From assembly GCF_002075285.3 (NCBI RefSeq), contig NZ_CP021983.2, forward strand, positions 3,420,001 through 3,452,000: a stretch of DNA of 32,000 nucleotides, in the 5' to 3' direction. The notes beneath the pieces were generated by a model, which did not search any database, was not told the DNA's origin, and was given only the letters and a program-made list of their open reading frames with translations. The number at the start of each line of letters is the position of its first letter. Within the stretch, counting starts at the first letter, position 1. This stretch comes from Halomicronema hongdechloris C2206. Lineage in GTDB: Bacteria > Cyanobacteriota > Cyanobacteriia > Phormidesmidales > Phormidesmidaceae. Positions 19,540 through 26,634 of the stretch are shown here, in pieces. The position numbers and the translations under genes are program-made.

Positions 19540-20346
19540 ATGGATTCCATGACCCGCATTATCGTTATCACATCCGGCAAGGGCGGCGTCGGCAAGACCA
19601 CCTGCGCGGCTAATCTGGGGATGGCCTTGGCTCAGCTAGACCAGCGAGTTGTCGTCGTTGATGCTGACTTCGGCCTGCGCAATCTAGATTTACTCCTGGG
19701 GCTAGAAAATCGCATTGTCTATACGGCCCTGGATGTGTTAGCCGAGGAGTGTCGGCTAGACCAGGCCCTGGTGCGAGATAAGCGTCAACCCCATCTGGCC
19801 CTGCTGCCTGCGGCCCAGAGCCGCTCTAAAGATGCCATCACCCCAGAGCAGATGACGCAGCTGGTGGATTCCCTCAGGGACGGGTTTGACTATGTGCTGA
19901 TCGACAGCCCCGCTGGCATCGAGATGGGCTTCAAAAATGCGATCGCAGCCGCCAAAGAATCCATCATCGTTACCACCCCCGAAATTTCTGCCGTTCGCGA
20001 CGCCGACCGTGTCATTGGCCTCCTGGAAGCCAACGACATCAAAGACATCCGCCTCATTGTCAATCGCCTCAAGCCAGCCATGGTGCAGGCAGACCAGATG
20101 ATGTCAGTACAAGATGTACAGGATATTCTGGCCATTCCCCTACTGGGAGTGGTGCCCGACGACGAGCGCGTGATTGTCTCCACCAATCGTGGCGAACCCC
20201 TAGTGCTAGAGAAAAAGCTCTCCCTGGCAGGAATAGCCTTCGCCAATGTGGCCCGGCGACTGCAGGGGCAATCGATCCCCTTCCTAGATTTAAATGCTCC
20301 CCACGACGACCTGTTTTCTCGCTTCCGTCGCCTCTGGCGGAACTGA
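19540..20346 (+). CDS. minD: Septum site-determining ATPase MinD
   Basis: '[16 protein letters not shown]' deviant Walker A, '[14 protein letters not shown]'. The probable true start is ATG 19549 (MTRIIV). Confidence 0.96.
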   Translation: MDSMTRIIVITSGKGGVGKTTCAANLGMALAQLDQRVVVVDADFGLRNLDLLLGLENRIVYTALDVLAEECRLDQALVRDKRQPHLALLPAAQSRSKDAITPEQMTQLVDSLRDGFDYVLIDSPAGIEMGFKNAIAAAKESIIVTTPEISAVRDADRVIGLLEANDIKDIRLIVNRLKPAMVQADQMMSVQDVQDILAIPLLGVVPDDERVIVSTNRGEPLVLEKKLSLAGIAFANVARRLQGQSIPFLDLNAPHDDLFSRFRRLWRN

Positions 20347-20396
20347 ATCACCATTGCTCGTCCGCTAATTCTGACTCCTCATCCCCCGGCCAGCCC

Positions 20397-20681
20397 ATGC
20401 TCAGCGAATTACTCGACCGACTCTTTAACCGCACCCCAGCCGAGACCAGCCGGGGTGATGTCAAACGGCGCTTGCAATTGGTCCTCGCCCATGACCGCAC
20501 CGATCTAGATCCTCAAACCCTAGAAAAAATGCGCCAAGAGATCCTAGATGTCGTCTCCCGCTACGTAGAAATTGACGATGACGGCCTAGAATTTGCCCTT
20601 GAAACCGACCAACGGGTCACCGCCCTCATCGCTAACCTACCGATTCGTCGTGTTCGTGCCGATTCCTCTGCCGAATCATAG
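20397..20681 (+). CDS. minE: Cell division topological specificity factor MinE
   Basis: 94 aa, '[10 protein letters not shown]', '[19 protein letters not shown]', follows minD. Confidence 0.92.
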   Translation: MLSELLDRLFNRTPAETSRGDVKRRLQLVLAHDRTDLDPQTLEKMRQEILDVVSRYVEIDDDGLEFALETDQRVTALIANLPIRRVRADSSAES

Positions 20682-20687
20682 ATTCCC

Positions 20688-21107
20688 ATGGATGCGCTAT
20701 CAACCTGCATAGAGACCCTCGGCCTCAATAAGATTCAGCGCCATGTCTTCATCTGCGCCGATCAAACTCAGCCTAAGTGCTGCGATAAAGCCACTAGCTT
20801 AGATGCCTGGGCCTACCTAAAACGACGCTTAAAAGAACTCCAGCTCGATATCCCCACCGCAACTAACCCTGCTCCTATTTTTCGCACCAAAGCGAATTGT
20901 CTGCGGGTCTGCCAACAAGGACCCATTTTAGTGGTCTATCCCGATGGAGTCTGGTACCATTCAGCAGTTCCGCAGGTGATTGAGCGCATCATCCAAGACC
21001 ATTTAATTGGCAATCAAATCGTCCAAGACTATGCTTTTCTCGTCCATCCCTTGTCAGGCCTTTCAGCCGTAGCACCGCCAGAAACTTCCCCACCCTCCGA
21101 CTCCTGA
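20688..21107 (+). CDS. Thioredoxin-like (2Fe-2S) ferredoxin domain protein
   Basis: '[14 protein letters not shown]...' and '[22 protein letters not shown]'. Starts 7 nt after the minE stop. Confidence 0.75.
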   Translation: MDALSTCIETLGLNKIQRHVFICADQTQPKCCDKATSLDAWAYLKRRLKELQLDIPTATNPAPIFRTKANCLRVCQQGPILVVYPDGVWYHSAVPQVIERIIQDHLIGNQIVQDYAFLVHPLSGLSAVAPPETSPPSDS

Positions 21108-21645
21108 CCAGAGTCATCCCCGCCGCTGCCAGGATAAATAGAAGAAACCGCAGGCGCCGTGCAGCCGTGCGGCAAGCCATCCAGCCGAAGCCTTCCTAGC
21201 GGGAATAGGGCAGTAGCGGGTCAGAGATTGTCACCTTAATTTAGAGACTGGGTATAAGCCATTTTGCCAGACATGACCAATGGGTCAGAACGGCCTCAGA
21301 CCAGCCAAGATACGAGATTCCTATCATTGACGATTAATTGGTCAGGGTAAAGTATTATCAGCAGTAAAGCAGTCTGAATTAAGGTTTGCTAGAGTTTGAT
21401 CACTGCGAAGCGCTGTCGGTGCAGCCTAGCTTCCAGACGTGTGCAACGTCTTATCGAGGTCTCAGAGATCCTGCGATCAGGGCCTGGGGCCGCCGGCGCT
21501 TCGGAATTGCTGCTAAGGTCAGGTAGGATATGCCACCGATAAGACGGTATTTCAAACATTCCCTGACAGAGTGATTATATGGCCAACTATACTCTTCTAA
21601 GTCAGTGGTAAGTATTTGTTGATGGAATTGGGTAGACAGAGTGGC

Positions 21646-22293
21646 ATGAAGGACTCAAATTCGGGTGGGCAACGGAAACTCCTCCTAATCGATGATGATC
21701 CCAATCTCATCCTTCTCGTCAAGGATTACCTCGAGTTTCGTGGCTTTACCGTGACTACCGCAGACAATGGTCGGGCCGCTTTAGACAGCCTCGAGCAAGA
21801 GGCACCCGATATGATCATCTGTGATGTCATGATGCCTGAAATGGATGGCTACGCCTTTGTGGAGCAAGTCCGTCAGAACCCAGCGATGGAATGGATCCCC
21901 ATTTTATTTCTGTCGGCCAAGGGACAAAGTAATGATCGGATTAAGGGGCTAAATACCGGGGCAGATGTCTACATGGTGAAGCCCTTTGAGCCCGAAGAAC
22001 TCGTCGCCCAGGTGGAGTCTTCCCTCAAACAAGCCTCTCGCCTGATCCGCCAGCAGGCCAAGATGGGGGCAGAAGGCCCCACGATCCAGGTGCCGTTTGA
22101 TGTAGAGCTGACTCCCACAGAACTGAAAGTGGTGCAATTCGTAGCCCGCGGCATGGCCAATCGGGAAATCGCCGACGAGATGAATGTCAGCCAACGCACC
22201 ATCGAAAGTCACGTCAGCAATATGCTTGGCAAGACCGGCCTTCACAATCGTACGGAACTGGCTCGCTGGGCGATTGAAAACAATAAGGCATAG
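21646..22293 (+). CDS. NarL/LuxR-family two-component response regulator
   Basis: REC 'KLLLIDDDPN...PDMIICDVMMPEMDG...LSAKG'. GerE HTH 'LTPTELKVVQFVARGMANREIADEMNVSQRTIESHVSNMLGKTG'. Start at ATG 21646. Confidence 0.92.
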   Translation: MKDSNSGGQRKLLLIDDDPNLILLVKDYLEFRGFTVTTADNGRAALDSLEQEAPDMIICDVMMPEMDGYAFVEQVRQNPAMEWIPILFLSAKGQSNDRIKGLNTGADVYMVKPFEPEELVAQVESSLKQASRLIRQQAKMGAEGPTIQVPFDVELTPTELKVVQFVARGMANREIADEMNVSQRTIESHVSNMLGKTGLHNRTELARWAIENNKA

Positions 22294-22336
22294 GCTGGGG
22301 CGATACTTCCCTGACTTGATATACTTTGGGGTGAGC

Positions 22337-22409
22337 GCTGGTGTAGCTCAGTTGGTAGAGCAGCTGATTTGTAATCAGCCGGTCGCAGGTTCGAGTCCTG
22401 TCACCAGCT
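22337..22409 (+). tRNA. tRNA-Thr (anticodon UGU)
   Basis: Hand-folded cloverleaf: acceptor GCTGGTG/CACCAGC, D-stem GCTC/GAGC, anticodon stem GCTGA/TCAGC with loop TTTGTAA, T-arm GCAGG-TTCGAGT-CCTGT, discriminator T. CCA is not encoded. Confidence 0.93.
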
Positions 22410-22750
22410 TTAATCTCCCTGACCTCGACTTGTTGCATTCGGCTTAAAGCAGAGGGAGTTGGAGCAAGTAGGTTAGCTGAGCAGGCTGTGTGCCCCTGGG
22501 CATGACTTCCTCAGCCGTACGGCGATTCATCTAGTCTGCTAGCGTCGATTACCGGCGTGGGTGATGCTTGGCATGGGGTCGGCAACGTATCCTAGACACA
22601 TCATCTGATTACATCTGATTACAAGGTATTTGGGGTAGGCTCTATCTATTCCCCCACGTCAAGGGACAAACTCTATCTCTGAGTTCCCTTAGCCCCTGTG
22701 TCCTTCGGCAACCATGGGTAGTCTCAACTGGGCAAACTGTTATCAGCATC

Positions 22751-23302
22751 ATGCCAGACAGTATTCAAATCGGCATCCTGGTCTTAGGGGCAGTTCTGCT
22801 TCTAATCGCTATCCTGGGCGGTAACTTTAAGCTGTTTGGAGCCGAGGTCACTGCTACGGTCTCTAATCGGTTCTTACGATTTACGGCCTTTGCCCTGGGA
22901 ACAGCGTTGTTAATCATCGCCATCGGTCTACCAGCTTTTGAGTCTACCCCCCCTCCACCAGAACCAACGCCGACCGCTTCACCAACGCTGACCGTTTCGC
23001 CAACGCCGACTGCTTCGCCAACGGCGACTCCATCTCCCCCTCCACCAGAGCCGACTCCCGATGGTCTGTCCGATTGCCGATTGACCATTCGCAATCCGTT
23101 GGTGTCCTTGATGAGTGAGCCGGATCAATTTAGTCGAGAAATCATCCGAGTCCAACCTGGTGATTATCCGGCACTAGGTTATGAAACCGCCTCATTTGGT
23201 CCCCAAGAGCAGGGCTGGTTCATGATTGAAGCCGAGGGACGACAAGGCTGGATAAAAGATGACACCTGGACCATCGAGCGCAAGAGTGCTCAGTGTCCAT
23301 AG
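22751..23302 (+). CDS. Membrane protein with Pro/Thr-rich linker and C-terminal SH3b-like domain
   Basis: Two hydrophobic helices (IGILVLGAVLLLIAILGG; FTAFALGTALLIIAIGL), 'PPPPEPTPTASPTLTVSPTPTASPTATPSPPPPEPTP' linker, then 'IRVQPGDYPALGYE...QGWFMIEAEGRQGWIKDD'. Confidence 0.7.
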   Translation: MPDSIQIGILVLGAVLLLIAILGGNFKLFGAEVTATVSNRFLRFTAFALGTALLIIAIGLPAFESTPPPPEPTPTASPTLTVSPTPTASPTATPSPPPPEPTPDGLSDCRLTIRNPLVSLMSEPDQFSREIIRVQPGDYPALGYETASFGPQEQGWFMIEAEGRQGWIKDDTWTIERKSAQCP

Positions 23303-23355
23303 ACCTTGTCCTTCTGCTTTTGCATGGGCGTCAGATGAGAAGCTCATGGCAAATT

Positions 23356-23373
23356 TGTAACAGAATTGTTACA
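23356..23373. promoter_or_regulatory. 18-bp perfect palindrome TGTAACA-GAAT-TGTTACA (operator-like) overlapping -10-like hexamers
   Basis: Read directly. Followed by TACATT / TATGTA -10-like hexamers. 35 nt upstream of the ATG at 23408. Confidence 0.4.
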
Positions 23374-23407
23374 TTGTGTATGTAAATGTTTCGTCAAGTA
23401 AATTGCT

Positions 23408-23581
23408 ATGCGCGACTCTTCTTATCGCTATCCCCAACAGCCCCAGCAGGATCAAGTCAAGGTGGCTGTCTATGCTGAGACCCTGACCGAGAATCAAGTT
23501 GCCCAGCGACGACTGCAGGAAATGGTGGTGGCGGCAGGGGCTGTGGCCTTGGCCCTGGCCGGATTGCTGTTACTGAATTAG
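23408..23581 (+). CDS. Possible 57-aa tail-anchored micro-protein
   Basis: Hand translation: MRDSSYRYPQQPQQDQVKVAVYAETLTENQVAQRRLQEMVVAAGAVALALAGLLLLN-stop. Below the ORF-track cutoff, no clear SD. Confidence 0.3.
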   Translation: MRDSSYRYPQQPQQDQVKVAVYAETLTENQVAQRRLQEMVVAAGAVALALAGLLLLN

Positions 23582-23716
23582 CGTCAGTATTCTCTGAGGC
23601 TGGGAAGCGCCTACCCAAGCCTACCCAATAAGCAGTCAGGGGTCAGGATTCCGGACTGCCCGGGTCGTTAACGAACGATAGTGTCCCGCCTTGCTGCCAG
23701 CCCCCTAGCCCCTGAG

Positions 23717-24715
23717 CTAGGCATCATGAGAGTAATGGTGCCGCAGCAGCTGTTGCAAATCGGCGACGACACTGGCTAGAAAGTTAGGCGCATCCACCTC
23801 TAAGGCAACCCAGGCGTTAGCCCTGGGTTTTGGCTTATGGCGACGATCGATCAGCGTCTGGCCCCGCGTCAATTCTCCTTGGGTTTCAACTTGCACCGTG
23901 GCCCGACGCAGCAGTAGGGTCTCTGGGTAGAACAGGTAGCCCAAGGTGGCGGCATCGTGGACTAGAAACCCAGGACTGCCGGCGGTTTCTCGATATTGTC
24001 GGGCCGTGCTCACCATAAACTGGCAGAGATTGACTAGAAAATGGGCCAGGGGATGCTCCGGCCGAGTTTGGGCCACAAGGGTGGCCATGGTCTCGGTAAA
24101 TACCAGTTGCCGGGTCACGTCTAGGGGGAGCATCACCACATCATTGCGGCTATTGAAGACAACTTGGGCGGCTTCCGGGTTAAACCAGACATTGAATTCA
24201 GCCTGAGCCGTGACGTTACCAGGGCCCTGAATGGCTCCAGCCATGACCACAAGTTCCCGAGCCTGCTGCAGGATGCCGGGCCGCTTCGCTTCTGCCGCCG
24301 CCAGGTTAGTCAGGGGGCCGATGGCAATCAGGGTGATTTCGCCGGGATTGGCACTTAGCTGCTCGATCAGTAGGTCATCGGCTGCAGGTGCGATCGCAAA
24401 TTCATGGGACGGTGGCGGCAGTGTTTGGGAGAGGTAGCCCATGCCATCGCTGCCATGGATATGGCTGGCATCCTCGCTGCCTTGGGAGAGAAGCACCCCC
24501 CGACCTAGAGGTACGGAACCATACCCCGCTAAATTCAACACCTGGCTGGCATTGGCAAAGGTCTGGGCGGCGGCGACATTGCCCTGGGTCGTGGTCACCG
24601 CCACCAACTCGGCTCGGCCCTGATTGACCAGGCTCAGCAGCCATAGCAAGGCGAAGATGTCATCACCGCCGGGGTCGGTGTCAAGCAATAGTTTAGGGAC
24701 TGCCTGGAAAGTCAT
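23717..24715 (-). CDS. Inosine-uridine-preferring nucleoside hydrolase family protein
   Basis: 'LLLDTDPGGDDIFALLWL' (DxDxxxDD Ca-binding motif), 'IAIGPLTNLA', 'HDAATLGY'. Confidence 0.9.
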   Translation of the reverse strand: MTFQAVPKLLLDTDPGGDDIFALLWLLSLVNQGRAELVAVTTTQGNVAAAQTFANASQVLNLAGYGSVPLGRGVLLSQGSEDASHIHGSDGMGYLSQTLPPPSHEFAIAPAADDLLIEQLSANPGEITLIAIGPLTNLAAAEAKRPGILQQARELVVMAGAIQGPGNVTAQAEFNVWFNPEAAQVVFNSRNDVVMLPLDVTRQLVFTETMATLVAQTRPEHPLAHFLVNLCQFMVSTARQYRETAGSPGFLVHDAATLGYLFYPETLLLRRATVQVETQGELTRGQTLIDRRHKPKPRANAWVALEVDAPNFLASVVADLQQLLRHHYSHDA

Positions 24716-24851
24716 GGTCGGATCTGCATGGCGCCATGGGTATCAACTGGGGGCATGTAGGAGGTCATTAGCGAGACACTTCGTGGCAAACGACAGCATT
24801 TTTGTCAGCCGCAACCCTCAAGATTTTGCAAAAGCACCCAATTCCCAGTCT

Positions 24852-25030
24852 TCCTTGAATAGGTTCACGGCTTCCAGAAATATGCAGGGATGTAGCAAGA
24901 AGATCCCTCCATACCATGACGGCAACTCTATACTTTCGGCAAGGGTTAGCGCTAGTGGTTATCCTCTCGGGCCTCACCACCGGACAAGCTGCCTTAGCCT
25001 GTTTCTCATTGCCTCCAAGCGAGAGTAGAG
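24852..25030 (+). repeat. Copy 1 of a ~178-bp dispersed direct repeat (5' leader + signal-peptide codons)
   Basis: Hand-aligned to 26126..26301 at roughly 85-90% identity. Includes the hairpin AGGGAT-N11-ATCCCT (24886..24908), 7 nt before ATG 24916. Confidence 0.85.
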
Positions 25031-25554
25031 AAGAAACTATTGAGATCTATGCCACCAAGGCCAACACCATCTTTCTCGGCCAGCCCATCCGGGTCAGTAG
25101 AGATGAGCCCCCGATCTGGCTATGGCCTCATAACAATTTTGGGGTGATCGTGATCGAGTTTGAGGCGTCTCGGGTCTGGAAGGGGAGCGTCAAGGCGCGC
25201 TATCTCATCCGAGACTTCGATGATTCGTGTAGCACTTTCTACGACTACGTCTGGCAGCAGGTTGATGGTGAGTGGCAAGCTGTTGATGAGTACGTGATTC
25301 CGGTAGCCGACAGACAGGAGATGGTAATGCTAGCGAACCGGCCTCTACCTGCTCTGGGGCGGTTGCACACCCTGATACCAGTGGATCAATCTGCCCCGTC
25401 GGTTCAGGAACTCACCCAACTCTTAGGAGAGGCACAGCCTGTGGATGACGCCTCGTTCCCATTCAGTCGATATGTCGTCATGATGGCAGGCTTAACGTTG
25501 TTGGTCATGCTCATGGTGGGGCTGACGCTGCGCTCTAGGCGGGCCTCCCGTTGA
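24916..25554 (+). CDS. Secreted/anchored protein, TIMP/NTR-like OB-fold candidate with C-terminal TM helix
   Basis: Signal peptide 'MTATLYFRQGLALVVILSGLTTGQAALA|C', mature N-terminal Cys, 'CFSLPPSESREETIEIYATKANTIFLGQPIRV', 'ASRVWKGSVKARYLIRDFDDSCSTFYDY', C-terminal 'VVMMAGLTLLVMLMVGLTL'. The family assignment is from memory only. Confidence 0.7.
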   Translation: MTATLYFRQGLALVVILSGLTTGQAALACFSLPPSESREETIEIYATKANTIFLGQPIRVSRDEPPIWLWPHNNFGVIVIEFEASRVWKGSVKARYLIRDFDDSCSTFYDYVWQQVDGEWQAVDEYVIPVADRQEMVMLANRPLPALGRLHTLIPVDQSAPSVQELTQLLGEAQPVDDASFPFSRYVVMMAGLTLLVMLMVGLTLRSRRASR

Positions 25555-25673
25555 CCGATGTTAACTCCGTTCGCTGATCACGATCCCCTAATGACCTGAA
25601 ATCATTAAATCTGTGATTGGCAGCCTAGACAGTCCCTAGACCCGTTCGTCTATTCTCATGATGACTTCCTAGC

Positions 25674-25703
25674 TTACAAGTCTTCTTGCCTTCAGTCTAT
25701 AGT
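25674..25703 (+). promoter_or_regulatory. Candidate sigma70-type promoter (-35 TTACAA, 18-nt spacer, -10 TATAGT) giving a near-leaderless mRNA
   Basis: Hexamers read directly. The -10 ends 8 nt before ATG 25712. Confidence 0.3.
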
Positions 25704-25711
25704 TAACCCAC

Positions 25712-26083
25712 ATGGCAACGTACCTTTCTCGAAATGGAGTTTCTATCCGCTTGCCAAAGGAACGATGGCAACACATTGTTCAGCGCCATGCCGACATCGC
25801 AGGGAAGCAAAATGTTGTTTTAGAGTCGGATACAGCAAGTATGGCCATAGCCAATTATCAAGCGGCACAACCCTATCTCCGGGTGCTGCCATTACTGCAA
25901 GAGCTGCCGAAGCAAGCGTTTTTCATGGTTTATGACGCCGAGGCAGATGTGTTGTACATCGATTTTGCCAATCCCCCGCATTCGGCAGTAGATAGCGAAC
26001 TGACGGAGGATGATATTGTGGTGCGCTATGGCGAGGATGATGCAGTGGTGGGGCTAACTGTTCTCGATGCCAGCAAGCGATAA
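25712..26083 (+). CDS. DUF2283-like protein fused to an N-terminal fragment of a putative partner toxin gene
   Basis: C-terminal 80 aa from the internal ATG 25841 ('MAIANYQAAQPYL...YDAEADVLYIDFANPPHSAVDSE...VVGLTVLDASKR') look like the cyanobacterial DUF2283 family. The first ~40 aa ('LSRNGVSIRLPKERWQHIVQRHADI') resemble the N-terminus of the small proteins usually encoded just upstream of such genes. Confidence 0.6.
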   Translation: MATYLSRNGVSIRLPKERWQHIVQRHADIAGKQNVVLESDTASMAIANYQAAQPYLRVLPLLQELPKQAFFMVYDAEADVLYIDFANPPHSAVDSELTEDDIVVRYGEDDAVVGLTVLDASKR

Positions 26084-26125
26084 GTCTCTATGCTTCAGGC
26101 GTCAGTGTTTTCTGAGTGGGGAACA

Positions 26126-26301
26126 TCCCTGAATAAGTTCGTGACTACCAGAAATATAAAGGGATGTAGCGAGATCCCTTCCTACCATGACGACAACTCT
26201 ATACTTTCGGCAAGGGTTAGCGCTGGCGGTTATCCTCTCGGGTCTCACCACCGGACAACCTGCCTGAGCCTGTTCCTCATTGTCCCCAAGCGAGAGCAGA
26301 G
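26126..26301 (+). repeat. Copy 2 of the ~178-bp dispersed direct repeat
   Basis: See 24852..25030. The hairpin AGGGAT-N8-ATCCCT (26160..26179) is again 7 nt before an ATG (26187). Confidence 0.85.
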
Positions 26302-26462
26302 CAGTGCCGGATGCACCAACGGCAAAGCTGATGACGGAGTTCTATCGGCAGGTGTCTCGAGGGCAGGCCTAGGCCCTGCGCCGGGCGATGCTGATGACGA
26401 TGCAGACCCATCCCGATCCCAAGGATTGGGCCGCCTTTACGCTCATCGGTGAAGCAGAATAA
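26187..26462 (+). pseudogene. Chimeric pseudogene: TIMP-like leader (26187..26300) fused in frame to a CHAT-domain C-terminus (26301..26462), with two nonsense codons
   Basis: A single frame reads MTTTLYFRQGLALAVILSGLTTGQPA*ACSSLSPSESR|AVPDAPTAKLMTEFYRQVSRGQA*ALRRAMLMTMQTHPDPKDWAAFTLIGEAE*. The second half aligns with the last ~53 aa of the 931-aa CHAT protein (AVPDVPTAQLMTAFYRHIAQGQTKAQALRQAMLATMQATPDPVDWAAFTLIGAAE). TGA at 26265, TAG at 26370. Confidence 0.8.
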
Positions 26463-26634
26463 TCAGTAAAGGCTGAGATGCGATCGCAAGTTCCAGCGAG
26501 CCAAAAGGATTGTCATCCCTCCCTTTCCCCGCTAAAGCTTGACGATATTGCTGCACCACCTGTAGCGAAGCATCGCCTCCGGTGGCGGCACTGTGTACCT
26601 GCTTCCCGCGAGGCGATCGCCTTGCGACTCACCC

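Noticed and set aside
23356-23373. Possible NtcA or CRP-type binding site.
   Set aside because: The spacing is GTA-N10-TAC, not GTA-N8-TAC, and the half-sites do not match TGTGA/TCACA. It is kept only as a generic operator-like palindrome.
24624-25028. ORFs 24624..25028 and 26090..26452 share a conserved peptide (...SILSARVSA.GYPLG.HHRT.CLSLFLI..KRE), which could suggest a real paralogous gene pair.
   Set aside because: The similarity is a by-product of the ~178-bp DNA repeat read in the wrong frame. The frame with the ATG, the signal peptide and continuity into the 212-aa protein is the coding one.
24852-26301. Diversity-generating retroelement (template/variable repeat pair) as an explanation for the two ~178-bp repeats.
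   Set aside because: Mismatches between the copies are not adenine-specific (they include C/T, G/C, T/G changes and indels), and no reverse transcriptase gene is present in the window.
26463-26634. Immunity gene immediately downstream of the RHS gene.
   Set aside because: Only 13-17-aa minus-strand ORFs are present, and their start codons lack proper SD spacing. The region mainly holds a HIP1-centred imperfect palindrome (26607..26626).
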